The position numbers and the translations under genes are program-made. Positions 1 to 12,569 of a stretch of 64,000 bases of DNA are shown here, in pieces. The DNA lies in the NCBI RefSeq assembly GCF_963921235.1, contig NC_086108.1, positions 35,280,001 to 35,344,000 of the forward strand, in the 5' to 3' direction. Numbering within the stretch: position 1 is the stretch's first letter; the number at the start of each line of letters is the position of its first letter. Below the pieces are notes generated by a model. The model searched no databases, was not told the DNA's origin, and saw only the letters and a list, made by a program, of their open reading frames with translations. This DNA is from Mobula hypostoma (lineage: Eukaryota).

Positions 1-39
1 GGCAAACCAAACCTCAGCAGTTTCAGGACTAAGGTTGTG

Positions 40-2864
40 GGTGGTTAGAAACAGAATGTGACCCTCAGCTATGTGGAGTACTTTGCCATGTATTCAACCT
101 GAGCCTGAGGCTCCGGAGGGTTCCTGTACTATGGAAGACATCCTGCCTCGTCCCTGTGCCGAAGACGCCGCACCCCAGTGGCCTCAATGACTACAGACCG
201 GTGGCATTGACCTCTCACATCATGAAGACCTTGGAGAGACTTGTTCTGAAGCTGCTCGGGCCTATGGTCAGGCCACACTTAGATCCCCTCCATTTCGCCT
301 ACCAGCCCCAACTAGGAGTTGAGGATGCCATCGTCTACCTCCTGAACCGATTCTATGCCCACCTGGACAAACCAGCGAGCACTGTGAGGGTCATGTTTTT
401 TGACTTCTCCAGTGCATTCAACACCATCCACCTTGCTCTGCTGGGGGAGAAGCTGACAGCGATGCAGGTGGATGCTTCCCTGGTGTCATGGATTCTTGAT
501 TACCTGACTGGCAGACCACAGCACATGTGCTTGCAACACTGTGTGTCCAACAGAGTGATCAGCAGCACTGGAGCTCCACAGGGGACTGTCTTGTCTCCCT
601 TTCTCTTCACATTTACACCTCGGACTTCAACTACTGCACAGAGTCTTGTCATCTTCAGAAGTTTTCTGATGACTCTGCCATAGTTGGATGCATCAGCAAG
701 GGAGATGAGCCTGAGTACAGGGCGACGGTAGGAAACGTTGTCACATGGTGTGAGCAGAATTATCTGCAGCTTAATGTAAAAAAGACTAAGGAGCTAGTGG
801 TAGACCTGAGGAGAGCTAAGGTACCGGTGACCCCTGTTTCCATCCAGGGGGTCAGTGTGGACATGGTGGAGGATTACAAATACCTGGGGATACGAATTGA
901 CAATGAACTGGACTGGTCAAAGAACACTGAGGCTGTCTACAAGAAGGGTCAGAGCCGTCTCTATTTCCTGAGGAGACTGAGGTCCTTTAACATCTGCCGG
1001 ACGATGCTGAGGATGTTCAATGAGTCTGTGGTGGCCAGTGCTATCATGTTTGCTGTTGTGTGCTGGGGCAGCAGGCTGAGGGTAGCAGACATCAACAGAA
1101 TCAACAAACTCATTCGTAAGGCCAGTGATGTTGTGGGGATGGAACTGGACTCTCTCACGGTGGTGTCTGAAAAGAGGATGCTGTCCAAGTTGCATGCCAT
1201 CTTGGTCAATGTCTCCCATCCACTACATAATGTACTGGGTGGGCACAGAAATACATTCAGCCAGAGACTCATTCCACCGAGATGCAGCACAGAGCGTCAT
1301 AGGAAGTCATTCCTGCCTGTGGCCATCAAACTTTACAACTCCTTTGGACATATGTGCTCTATGAACCACTTTAAATTGAATTAGGGAATGTTTAGCACAA
1401 ATAGAGGAAGTATTAACTAATTGTAAAATCTGCCCCCAATCATCCACAGAAATGGTAAGCCCCAATTCCTGTTCCCAATCTACCCTAATCTTATCAAATG
1501 GAGCTTTCCTAAGTTTCATAATAATATTATAAATCATAGCCGATGCACCTTTCTGACATGGATTAAGGTTAATTATCGAATCTAAAATATATATAGGAGG
1601 AAGCATTGGAAAGGAAGAAAGTATAGTACTTAGGAAATTTCTAACTTGTAAATATCTAAAAAAATGTATTCTTGATAAGTTATATTTATTAGATAATTGT
1701 TCAAAAGACATAAGGGAACCATCTAAAAATAAATCCAAAAACCGTAAAATACCCTTAGTCTTCCAAGTTTGAAAAGCGCGATCCGTAAAAGAGGGAGGAA
1801 AAAATATGTTGCCTAAAATAGGAATCGCTAACCCGAATTGATTAAGATCAAAAAATTTTCTGAATTGAAACCAAAGATAAGTTAGCGCGTTTTTACTCGC
1901 ATATTAATCCTTTCTGTGATAGATGTTCGGGGCAGATAGCCTCTTTAACTCATATGTTTTGGTCTTGCCCTACTTTGGAAACTTTTTGGAGAGATATTTT
2001 CAATATTATTTCTAAGGTATTAAATATAGATATCTCTCCTCACCCTATTACTGCTATCTTTGGACTACCTAAAATTTCTAGTAATCTTTCCCCTTCAGCC
2101 CGTAGAATGATTGCATTTCTTACTTTAATGGCGAAAAGATGTATTTTACAACATTGGAAAGAGCTTAATGCTCCAACTACCTTTTTTTGGTTTTCTCAGA
2201 CGATTTTATGTTTGAATCTGGAGAAAATTAGAAGTAACCTTTATGATTCTTCATTTAAATTTGAACAGATTTGGGGACCTTTTATTCGATATTTTCATTT
2301 AATGTAATATTTACCCTTCTTGTTTTTTTTTCACTGTTTTAATGGAGGTCGGGATTGAGGACGTGATTTTAAGTTTAACTCTGTTTGGTTTCAAGTTAGC
2401 CCATTGCTTTGCTTTGCTTTTAGGTAGTTGCACGGTGGGTTTTTTTTTGGGGGGTTTTTTTTTCTTTTTTTTTTCCATTGATATATATAAAATCTAGTAT
2501 ACTATTATGTTATCTTGGTTTCTTATGCTTAAATTACGTTGTTTGTAGTATTTTCTTTTTGGTATTGTTATCTTTTGGAATTTTATTGTACTTTAACATT
2601 GTATTAATGTTTATATGGCTTACCTTTTTTGTATACTTACTCAATAAAAAGATTTAAAAAGAAAGAAACTTTACAACTCCTCCCTTGGAGGGTCAGACAC
2701 CCAGAGCCAATAGGCTGGTCCTGGACTTATTTCCTGGCATAATTTACATATTATTATTTAATTATTTGTGGTTTTATTACTATTTATTATTTATGGTGCA
2801 ACTATAACGAAAACCAATTTCCCCCGGGATCAATAAAGTATAACTATGACTACGACTATGACTA
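40..2864 (+). mobile_element. Rex1/Babar-type LINE 3' half (RT, frameshifted), interrupted by an L1 at 1344-2665
   Basis: ORFs 156-683 and 527-1384 carry RT motifs NDYRPVALTS, FFDFSSAFNTI, GAPQGTVLSP, KFSDD, YKYLG. The 3'UTR resumes at 2682 and ends in an (ACTATG)n-like tail at ~2842-2864. Confidence 0.9.
1344..2665 (+). mobile_element. L1-clade LINE 3' end, 5'-inverted (1344-~1872 minus; ~1871-2665 plus)
   Basis: The minus ORF ends ...QFKVVHRAHMSK and the plus strand continues KDKLARF..CDRC..HMFWSC (L1 ORF2 CCHC domain). It has a T-rich 3'UTR, AATAAA and an A-rich tail. 16-bp TSD AAACTTTACAACTCCT at 1328-1343 and 2666-2681. Confidence 0.92.
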
Positions 2865-3080
2865 CACTGGCCACTTCTTGTGCTTATCCATCGAAAGAGC
2901 ATAACTTCCAAAGTTGTTGTAAAATAGAGCCCCTGAGGATGACGGGTTGGCTCTCAGAAGCTTTAAGAATATTGACATCAAGTGCCTTATTACAACAGAT
3001 GTGTCTGAACTTTCAAGACTGATGTATGACATAAAATGTGCTCCCTTTGTAAATGTATATCCTGAAGGAACCACAATGGA

Positions 3081-3272
3081 GATACAAGAGACTGCAGGTG
3101 CTGGAATCAGGAGCAACACACAGAATGCAGGACAAGCTCTGTGGGCCAGGCAGCATCTATTGAGGAAACGGACAGTCCAGATGAAGAGCATCAGTATGAA
3201 CTGTCAACTGTCCAATTCCCTCCGTAGATGCTGCCCGACCCATTGAGTTAGTCCAATCCTTTGTCTGTTGCT
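3081..3272. mobile_element. Old fold-back (hairpin) element derived from a Penelope terminal repeat, with a degenerate hammerhead motif in the loop
   Basis: Arms ~3112-3176 and ~3207-3272 are imperfect reverse complements. The loop region reads CAGTC-CAGATGA...GAAC-TGTC-AACTG. Confidence 0.7.
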
Positions 3273-3409
3273 ATCTTTAAGGAACCATTCCTTTTCATTC
3301 AAAGTATTGGAGTGAACTACTCTGCTGCAATGATATAAATTATATTTGATCACTTGACATGAAAATTTAGAAATGTGATGCTACAACTTCATAATGTCTT
3401 CATATCGTA

Positions 3410-3740
3410 TGGGTGACAGAGTAACTCAGCTGGTAGATCTGCTGCCTCTTAGCTCCAGATGCCCAGGTTCAACCATAACTTCCTGTGTGGAGTCCGCACA
3501 CTCTTCTAGTGACTGAATGGGTACTTTCCAGGTGTTGCACTTTCCTCCCACATCAGAAAATGAGCAGGTTGATTGCTTTTCGAGGACATGAGAGGTAAAA
3601 TCTGGGGAATGGTGGAAATGGGTGAGGTTGATTGGTGGGCAGAGACTAAAATGTATAGATTAGGGTATGATTAATATGAAAGGGGACTTTATGGCTAGTG
3701 TGGATTTGATAAGCCAAAGGGCTTGATTCCATGCTGTACT
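3410..3740 (+). mobile_element. HE1-like V-SINE (tRNA-derived head, V-domain, CR1-like tail), degenerate
   Basis: A/B-box-like head (gtaactcagctggtag...ggttcaa), central tgtgtggagt...tttcctcccacatc, tail ccaaagggcttgattccatgctgtac. Confidence 0.65.
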
Positions 3741-3769
3741 GATGATCCTATAACATGGAATTGTAATAA

Positions 3770-4055
3770 CACATGGGAACATTGGAGGAGATTTAAGGTA
3801 ATTGAAGGAAAGTATTAGAGGGATGTCAGAGGTAAGTTTTTAACAGAGTGGTGGGTGTATTGAACACCCTGCCAGGGGTGGTGATAGAAGATACATTAGG
3901 GACATGTAAGAAATTCTTAGATACGTACATGGATGATAGAAAAATGCAGGGCTACCTATATAGGAGGGAATGGTTAGATTGATCTTAGATAAGGTTAAAA
4001 GGTTGGCACAACGTCACTGGCCAAAGGTCCTGTACTGTTCTATGTTCTATGTTTT
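3770..4055 (+). mobile_element. CR1 LINE 3' end
   Basis: Contains ggatgtcagaggtaagttttt...agagtggtggg and a (TTCTA)n tail; same family as 19305-19870. Confidence 0.8.
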
Positions 4056-5294
4056 ATAAAGGAAACAGGAAGTATTGTTAGAGAGGAGGGATTATGAAAA
4101 CAGTCTTACATCAAAGGAAGAGCTCCTGTTTCTATTCTACTATGCAATGGGATTTTATCAGTCAGTTAGTCACTGCAAACTGCTCAGATCACTCCCCAAG
4201 AGAAGTTGGCTTTGGACCACGATGACAGGAACTGTGTTGAGGGGGCCATGCTGAGACAGCAGCTGTAATCAGGGAAGTCAACTGCCAAGACGGGAAGTTG
4301 TTTCTCAGAGTATCACTGGGGCAGACTGATCACTAGAACTGTTGTGAGTGTAACATCCAAGGGTGTTAACAAGGTCAGAAAGGAGAACCTTAATGTCAAC
4401 TGTTATAATCCAACCAGCTGAGGTAAAGGCATGTCACCCCAGAGTAGTGAACTTTGGCTTATTATCATTTTGTAAAAGTTTCAAATCCGGACTCCTAACC
4501 AGCTGGCAGTATTGTAATTACACGTTGCAAGCATTGAAGACAGGGGATGTTCCTGAGCTATTCCAAGCAAAATATATATATACTGTACTACAGTAATTAC
4601 TCCTTCACCCTTAACTCCCATCTCCAGTAGCTGTGGTCCAGAATGATTGCAGTCTGTAAGTAACCCCTTCCTCTGTGCTGCAGTTAATTCAGTCATTTCT
4701 GATTCCCACACTCTTAGCTTGGCAACTCCTTGAAGTGCTGCTGAATTTATGGATTCATCTTGCCAAGAGATGCCTCAGGGCTCTAAATGGACACAACCCA
4801 GAATGATTTCCCAAGGGTAACTAAGAAGTAAGTAAAATTGCAACCCATCCAACCTCTTGTGGAACTCTACTCACTGCTCAATTCCTAAAAGGGCTGAAGC
4901 AATATTTCAAAAAGAGTTGCTACAAAACAGTGACTGAAAGGAAGGTTTTTTTTAAATTTGTTAGATAGTACAGCAAAGTATACACGGGTTATTTAGCAGA
5001 GAAGGAATTGGGGTTTATAATTGTGAACATATACCAGCAGAGGTCCTGATAATAGGTCAGACAATACTGCTTCCAGATAATATTTGAAAACTGGACTGGT
5101 CAATTTGCATTAGCTTTATATGTTGGCTTGGTGAGTGTGGAGCTCAATTAAGGTGGGTGGGTGACTATTTTTTGAAAACATTAATCTTTGCGAGAATAGA
5201 GTGAACAGTAATATGGAAACAGATAGGTCTGGATTAATTGCATGCATGCAAGGAGGTGCTAACAGAGCAATGGAGAGACGATGCAAGTGCAGGG

Positions 5295-6020
5295 TAAAGG
5301 GTCAAAAGTTCATTTTATTATCAAAATGTGTATGCAGAATACAACCCAGAAATTCATCTTCCCCAGCTATCTGTAGAATACAGAAAACCATACAAGTAGT
5401 TGAAAGAACGTTAAACTCACAAACCCCAAAAACCCCAACCCCTCCCTCGCACAAAAAAACTAACAATCACCCAAACCCCCAGCCAGCAAACCACAACAAG
5501 AAGGAATGGGTGAGAACACGAAAAAAATACATAGAACTGAAAGAGGTAAATATGAACTACAATCAGTTGGAACTACAGCTAATGCATAAACCTCAGAATT
5601 TCGGTAACGTTGCCGAGGGCAGTGAATTGACCAGTGGCCCCTCTGAGAGCAGGAACTCGAACTCTGATGGCAGCGACACAAACCAGCGGCCTCTCTGAGA
5701 ACCACTCACTCTCCTCCACGTTTGCCTCGATATTTCAATCTTCCTCGATGATTTAACTGTCAGGAAATGTAGTCAAATATGGCCCCTCGTTTTGTCTGAG
5801 CTTCTCCTCATGGTAGCTCCTGCTGGCATTTCTCTCCTGGTGTTTTCTCGGGATAGCAGAATGCTAGCTCACTCATTCAAACTACGGACTAAGCTATAGG
5901 CTCCAATAGTTTCAAAAATAAAATTAAGATAAAAAGAACGAGTAGAAGGTGTAGAAAAGCTGAAATGATTGAAAAGATGTTGCCTTTGGAATTGTTGTTT
6001 GCTGACACTATCTTGACCAG
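5295..6020 (-). mobile_element. Non-coding, non-autonomous retroelement with a Rex-like 3' tail
   Basis: The 3' part resembles 51585-51850 and the reverse complement of 18500-18735. The 5' end on minus (caagatagtgtcagcaaacaac) resembles the 5' end of the 17954 element. Confidence 0.45.
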
Positions 6021-6439
6021 ATTGAAAATGTGGGTAAGAGAGTGAAATCAAAGTCATAGAGGAGGCCGAAATGAGAAAGACACCTATGGCCATTGGTATT
6101 CAAATACCCACAACACCCCAACTGTTTCAACATAATAGAGGGGTAAGTGAAAACCCCCATTCCCTCTCAGTTGTTTTATCTATTAGGGTTAGTTCAGCGA
6201 AAATCCTTTCTGGCTGAAAAAGGCAATCCAAAAATTGTCATGACATGTCAGTAAACATCTCAAACAACCCACATCATCTGATGCAGACACTTCTCCCTCA
6301 TGAATCTGTCAAGTCCTTGTCAGATGACTCAAGCACAGTCACTGATAATTTGTTGCTAAGGATTAAAATATCTTCCCTCCCACACCACCACATCACTGCA
6401 CCTCTGAGTAAAGGAACTTTTTTCTCCAACTTTTACTTC

Positions 6440-6620
6440 TTGTACTCCTTCCCACCTTCTTAATTTGGCTTCTATCTCCTTCCTTCCCAGTCCTGATGAA
6501 GGTTCTCAGCCCAAAACGTTGACTGTTTATTTCCCTCCATAGATGCTGAGACTAGCTGAGTTCCTCTGTTATTTTGTGTGGGTTGCTCCAGATTTCCAGC
6601 ACCTGCAGAATCTCTTGTGT
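6440..6620 (+). mobile_element. Penelope terminal-repeat fragment with a degenerate hammerhead motif (6488-6525)
   Basis: cagtcCTGATGAaggttctcagcccAAAAcgttgactg followed by the family's agatgctg...ctgagttcctc...ttccagcacctgcaga tail. Confidence 0.8.
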
Positions 6621-6799
6621 TTATGCTTTTTCTGGAATCTGACTTGCATAACCCTCTCTTCCAACAAATATTTGGGTTTGGGATTGCAAGTGCATGCATT
6701 TAAAACAGCAAGGTACCAGAATTAAGAGTAAAGGTTTAAGCTGACAGTCTCCAAACCTGCACTGTGGGAGTGCTAGAGATGCAATATTTTGTTAGACGA

Positions 6800-7025
6800 G
6801 ATTTGTAATGCCAGGACAATATATTAAATAGCAATGGTAGAGTTATCCTGTTCAATTGACTGCCTATCAATATCACTAAAACAGATGGCCTGGTCATCAC
6901 CACACTGCTCTTTGTGGGAGCCTGCCCTTTACAAATTGACTGCTTACAATGCACACATGAAGAATACTTCCTGAATTGACAAGTACTAGCTGATGTCCTG
7001 ATGTCATACAGGTGCAAGTCTTTCA
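6800..7025 (+). mobile_element. Ancient Deu-domain SINE relic (SacSINE1/AmnSINE-like)
   Basis: aaaacagatggcctggtcatcaccacactgctctttgtgggagcctgcc...aaattgactgc...gatgtcctga...gcaagtcttt resembles the Deu-SINE 3' region, from recall. Confidence 0.55.
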
Positions 7026-8099
7026 TTCTCACTTTCTGGCAACGTTGAGTTTTGAGGTACCAGGAGTCCAAGGACCAGAAGGTGAGTAAAACTTTGTCAC
7101 GATGGGCAAATAGGACGAAGTGGAGGAGCAGAGTTTCAAAGCTAAACAGGTCCTTGGTTTGACAGTTAGTGCTGTCTTCTCACGGCAGAGACAGAAGTAC
7201 AAATCTCCACTCTGCTCCCTCTGAGACGGAGAGGAAAGCCTTGCAAAAGTTTACTGCTGCAAGCTCATTGGAGTGAGCATTCTCATCCCTGCGATGAAAT
7301 CATTTCATGGCCTGATCTAAACCCCTCCCTGCTGTAAGTGGGTTGAATGCCAATAGTGGTCGGATCATACTTAATTGAAATTTCTATGCCCCTAAAAGGT
7401 AGAAAGGCCTGCCAAGAATTGCAGTCAGAGCTATTTTAGGTGAGATGAAAGCGGGTGACTAATGCTTTTGGAACTGCTCACAGCAAAGGAATGAAACATT
7501 TTTAGTTTAGTAGGAACTGCAGGAAAATTTGGTGGGAAAAGATAATTTCCTGTGTGTATACATTTAACACAAACTGAACGTGGTTCGAAATGCAAAGTAC
7601 AGATTTGCAACTCAACTCAATTATGCTGATCTCCTTTCACATACTGATTTGCATATGTGCATTGCTCCTGGTAATGCAGAATCTGACACTCCACCATTTT
7701 AATATTATTATATGCAGCAGTAACTGGATTGGCTCAAACTGATCATCACCGGGGGTGGGGGGATTGATGTGACAAGCAGACTCCTCTACTTTTACACTAT
7801 CACTGAGAAAGTTAAGGCTATTCTTTCAAACCTCAAAATCTTCTGTACATAACTTTTGGAATTTATTTAGCATTAGAAAGAGATTGCAATCAGTGTGGGA
7901 TCAGCAGTTTCAAGCAAACTGACTCTCCCACAAAGCCTAGAATTTAATCTCTACATCCAAGCATATCAGATTTAAAATAATTAAATTTGTACTTTATGAG
8001 TTAAAGTATATATATATTACAAAACAGCCTTGATTACATTCATTTGTCATCAAATCATTCTCCTAAAAACACCAATATTATTTTTGATACTTCCTTAAC

Positions 8100-8560
8100 A
8101 ATGCATCATGAAATGTTTTGAGAGCTTGTTCCATGGGCCCAATACCTCAGTGTTCAGTGACAGCCGGATGCCAGACTCAGTGCTTCTTCCCCACAAATGC
8201 CTAAAGATGGTTGCATTGGGATCCAGTGCACCCTTTAGAACGTACTTGTGCACCTTGGAATGCGCAAGGGCCAGCATTCATAAGTTGGCGTCATCTTTGC
8301 ACTGGAAGACCAATAAGTTTTGGGCAGACCAAAGTAAACCCTTTCACCAAGTTGGTGTCCTTACAATAGCAGTCAATGTTAAAATCAGTAAGCATGTGCT
8401 TTTGTGTGGAAGAGTCTAAGCAGGTGGTAAGACACAGGGCAAGCCAATGTGTCTGTATCATCCGTATCAGAATTTTGCACTTTGCGCTCCTCTGGACCAG
8501 GGAAGAGAACAGCAAAGAGGAGTAAGACAGAACGGTTTGCATCTTTATAATACTTCTCTC
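8100..8560 (-). mobile_element. Tx1-like (L1 group) LINE ORF2 C-terminal relic
   Basis: Minus translation LLWSAQNLLVFQCK...LAHSKVHKYVLKGAL...WG, with stops and frameshifts, matches the end of Tx1-type ORF2. Confidence 0.7.
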
Positions 8561-9065
8561 AATCCTGAGACATTTTGAAATGAAGTTTTCATTGTAAAAT
8601 AAGAACTAAACTTCACCCCCCAAAAATAGAAATATTAATTCATCAATAATTATTTTTTAAGTGAGTTAAACAAATCAAAAGTATTGACCAGAGGACAAAG
8701 AAACTTGTTTGTTTTTTTTGAAATAGTGCTTTGGGATCTTGATGCAATCTAACGTAACATAATGTTACATTGGGCAGATCATCACCCCTTCAGTACTGCA
8801 CTGAAGTATCAGTCCCCAGTCGAGTGCTTCATTCTCTGAGGTGAGGCAAGGATACACAAGGTAATGAAACAGTAGTCACAGGTGGCTGATGGGAGATTAG
8901 AGAGGAGGCATTATAGAACATAGAACTGGACAGTACTGGACAGGCCATTCAGCCCACAATGCTGTGCTGACCTCGATGACAATATATATTAAATATCCTC
9001 CTGTGTATTATCTATATCCCTCCAGTCCCTTCATATTAACGTATCTATCTAAAAGCCTCTTAAAC

Positions 9066-9528
9066 TGTCAGCTGGGTAGCCAGTCCAGGAACCTACTGTT
9101 AGGGTGTATTCTGGAGTGAGTGTATATAGCAAATGTTAATTTCACCAGCAACCAATTTTCAGACATGAATGCAGATTGTAGATTGGATTTAAAATGTGTC
9201 CTGAACAATAGTTTTCCTGCAGCTGTAGACTGGAGCTGACTGCAAACCAGAATATGCTGATTAACATTCATTTTGGGTGTTTGGAGTATGGGGCAAAGAA
9301 GGAGGTGTGTGAAAACTATATGTAATTCAAAAGAAGCATTGTAGATACATTGTAAATATAGAATTGTCCTTTGATCTTTAGCATATAGAAATGTTATGTA
9401 GTATTGGATCAAGAGGCCGTTTCCTCCAAGAGTGTCTCAATATGATGCCTGATGCTCGTTTATGTTGAATAAAACACTTCTATATCCACTAGCTTCAGTG
9501 TCTCTCCAGTGAGTTTGTTCAGGTTACA
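9066..9528 (+). mobile_element. Probable solo LTR
   Basis: Begins TGT and ends ACA, with AATAAA near the 3' end. Flanked by 4-bp AAAC on both sides (9062-9065, 9529-9532) and interrupts a CR1. Confidence 0.6.
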
Positions 9529-9873
9529 AAACCTACCACTCTCTGTATAAAAAACTTTGCCACTCACGTTGAATTTAAATTTTCCCCTTTCAAACCTTAA
9601 AGGCATATCCTCTGGTGTTTGATGTATCTATTCTGGGGAACCGATTCTGATTGATAACCCTATTTATGTCCCTCATAATTTTGAAAATTTCTTTCAGGTC
9701 CCCTAATGCTCCAGAGAGAACAGCCTTTACTTCTAGCTCATATCTCATAACCTCTAATCCAGGCAGTATCCTGGTAAACCTACACATTTCCACAGTTTTC
9801 ACATCCTTCCCATAAAGAGGCAACCAGAATTACACGTAATTCTCGTTTGTACTCAGACTGAAGTTTTATGTGG

Positions 9874-10222
9874 AGTACCATGAAAAGTCCTAGGCACATG
9901 TATGTAGCTAGGTTGCCGAAGGCTTTTTCACAGCACTGTAGTAATTTTATGTATTGCACTGTACTGCTGCAAAAAAAAAACTGAATTTCATGACATATGT
10001 GACTGATGATAAACCTGATTCTGATGTGGGTCTCTATTGTGGACTGAGAGGGGGAAGGGGGCAGGGAGAGGTGAATCAGAGATGACCCCGACACTCCTTT
10101 CTTTGATCCTGTCAGATTAACAAACTCGCTCTGCGCTCCACATTGACAAATACTGTGCAAAAGTCTTAGGCGCCCTGGTGCTATATATATACATCTGTGC
10201 CGAAGACTTTGGCACAGTACTG
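9874..10222. mobile_element. Composite of two tiny Tc1-like palindromic MITEs (~9874-9938 and 10151-10222) around a Rex-type 3'UTR tail
   Basis: TACTGTGCAAAAGTCTTAGGCGC...GTGCCGAAGACTTTGGCACAGTA matches 20/23 as an inverted repeat, with a degenerate second copy upstream. The middle contains aatttcatgacatatgtg...taaacctgattctgat. Confidence 0.7.
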
Positions 10223-11244
10223 TAGCTGTAGCATGACTTTCTTACTTTTATACTCAATACCCCTACTAATGAAGGCAAGCATGCCATAAGCCTTCTTTAT
10301 CACCATATCCATTTGCATAGCCACTTCCAGTGAACTATGGATTTAGACCTCTGTACCTCAATGCAATTAATGGGTTTACCATTGACTGTATGCTTTCTCC
10401 TTTCATTTGACCTGCCAAAATGTAACATCTCATACTTGTCCAGATTAAACTCCACCTGCCGCTTCTCTGCTCATTTACGCAACTGATCCATGTCCCACCG
10501 AATTCTTTGATAGTTCTTTACACTGTCCACAACTCCACCATTCTTGATGTCATTCACCTGCTAATGCATCCATTTACATGTTCATTCCAGTAACTGATAT
10601 GTATCACCTAAAACAGAGCTCCCAGCACTGATCCTTGTGGAACACCACTGGTCGCTGACCTCCAGCCAGAATAACAGTCTTCCATGCCTACTCTGTCCTC
10701 TATGAGTAATCCAAATATATAATTCATTCTGGCTGCATCTTTATCTCCTGAATCAACCTACCATGAGTGATCTTATGAAATGCTTTAGTGAAGTCCATGT
10801 AGATAACATCACTGCCTTAACCTCATCATGCTCCTTTGTCATCTCCTCAAAAATCTGTAGTTTGTAAGGCATGAACTGCCTCACACGAAGCCATGCTGAC
10901 TGCCCCTGAGCAGGGCATGCCTTTCCAAATGTGCATAAATCCTACCCCTCAGCTTCCCTACCACTGTCCTGAGGCTCAGTGGTCTATAATTACCTGGATT
11001 TTTCGTCATTTATCCTCTTGAACAAAGGCAAGTGGTGTTGAGCACGTGAGAAAGAATAGATTATGGGGACGTGAGTGGAGGGAGAGAATTGTGGCACAGA
11101 TTTTATCAACTGTAGAGCCTCTTTCTGTGATTAATGAAAGTGAAAGATGAAATACAGCAGAGAAGACATAACGAGGGCCTAAGGCTGCAAAAGGAGAATG
11201 GTTAAGCCAGAGGAAGCAGTCCAGGAGGCAAGAAAAGTAAGATC

Positions 11245-11445
11245 ATAGAACAAGGAACAGCACAACACATTACAGGCCCATCTGGTCCACAATGATATGC
11301 TGATCCTTTGACATACTCCACAATAATTCTAACCCTTCCCTCCTACATAGCCCTCTACTTCTCTTTCATTCATGTGCCTATCTAGAGTCTCTTAAAAGTC
11401 CCCAATGAATCTGATTCAATCACTTCCCCTGCCAGTGCATTCAAC
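11245..11445 (-). mobile_element. CR1 3'UTR fragment
   Basis: catagaaca...cagcacaacacattacaggccc...cccttccctcctacatagccctc. Confidence 0.7.
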
Positions 11446-11449
11446 CGTT

Positions 11450-12400
11450 CAAAGATTTTTAGTGCATGTTTGTTTTTAGGTTCTGGAGTTCAATAAAACC
11501 TGTTACAGGTTTCATTAAACATAAAACACCCGACTTTGTTTTATTTACGAAAACCTACATTGGCGACCCCGATGCTCTTGGACAATTCCAGAGTTATTGA
11601 ACATGTTGGCCAACACAGTCGCCTTGAAACTGCCAGAGTTTGGGGAGCAAAATGCCATCATGTGGTTTGTACAAGCCAAGGCCCAGTTCACTCTGCGAGC
11701 AATCACCGTCGATGACACCAAATTCTACTACGTGGTAGCATCGCTTGGAAACTTCGTGGCTGTGAGAATGGTGAGTCTGTTTGAACAGCCGCCTGAACAT
11801 GATAAATACCGATCACTGAAAGCTCACCTTTTACAGACTTATCGACTATCAGAATCTGAGCACACCACGCATTTTCTCTCCTTACCTGGTCTTGGCAATG
11901 CTAAACCTTCAGAGCTAAAGGACCACTTTCTGTCTCTCCTAGGAAATCACCATTCTTATTTGATTTTTAAAGAACTCTTCATGCAGCAAATGGCTGATTA
12001 AGTTGGCATAACCCTCACTAATGCACCCCTGAAGCACTATAAGGTGCTTGCTAAAATTACTGATTGTCTACTCTCAGCTAGGCAACGGTGCATTATTCTT
12101 CCTCCTTTCTCGACCTCAATAAGCATAGTCAGCAAGATCCCTGACATACTGATTTCCACACCTGTGAAACGGATAATGCTGGGCCTGTGTTTTACCATAA
12201 TTGCTTTGGTATGAACATGAGGAAGTGCCGACCACTTTGCAGCTTCAACAGTGCCAGCATGCCAGCGTATTGGGGCGTCAAAGGTCTGTGAACACTGTGG
12301 ATTCCAGCTGCTGGGTCGTCTACTGTTCATTACGAATAACCTTTCAGGACGACGCTTTCTGTGTACCACAGTTGTGCAAGTGAACATTCTGCTCATCATT
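11450..12400 (+). mobile_element. Gypsy LTR retrotransposon 5' remnant: LTR end, tRNA-Trp-type PBS, gag, start of protease
   Basis: LTR ends ...CTACA at 11559, followed by PBS TGGCGACCCCGATG (11561-11574). Gag reads LKLPEF..WFVQAKAQF..TKFYYVVASL, then a CFYH..FG...KC knuckle and the RRFL protease start. Confidence 0.85.
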
Positions 12401-12569
12401 CCCTTGCCAAAGAATGCAACAGTATCCTGCCTGAATTAGTCTTTGGTTTGTCTTGTTTTTGTTTTTGTGATATCGCTCTGGAGGAACATTGTATCATTTC
12501 TTAATGCATGCCTGCATTTCTAAATGACAATAAAAGAGGACTGAGTGTCCTTATAATCTAAAAAAAATT

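Larger units (their letters stand above)
8910..11030 (-). mobile_element. CR1 LINE 3' portion (RT + 3'UTR), interrupted at 9066-9528 and ~9870-10225
   Basis: atagaacatagaac tail at ~8913. The ORF at 9590-9823 reads RFTRILPGLE...RGYAFKV. The RT region at 10600-10820 reads GVPQGSVLG on minus. Confidence 0.8.

Noticed and set aside
5201..5698. 165-aa ORF
   Set aside because: Antisense reading of a T-rich non-coding repeat tail, with biased K/N/P/Q composition.
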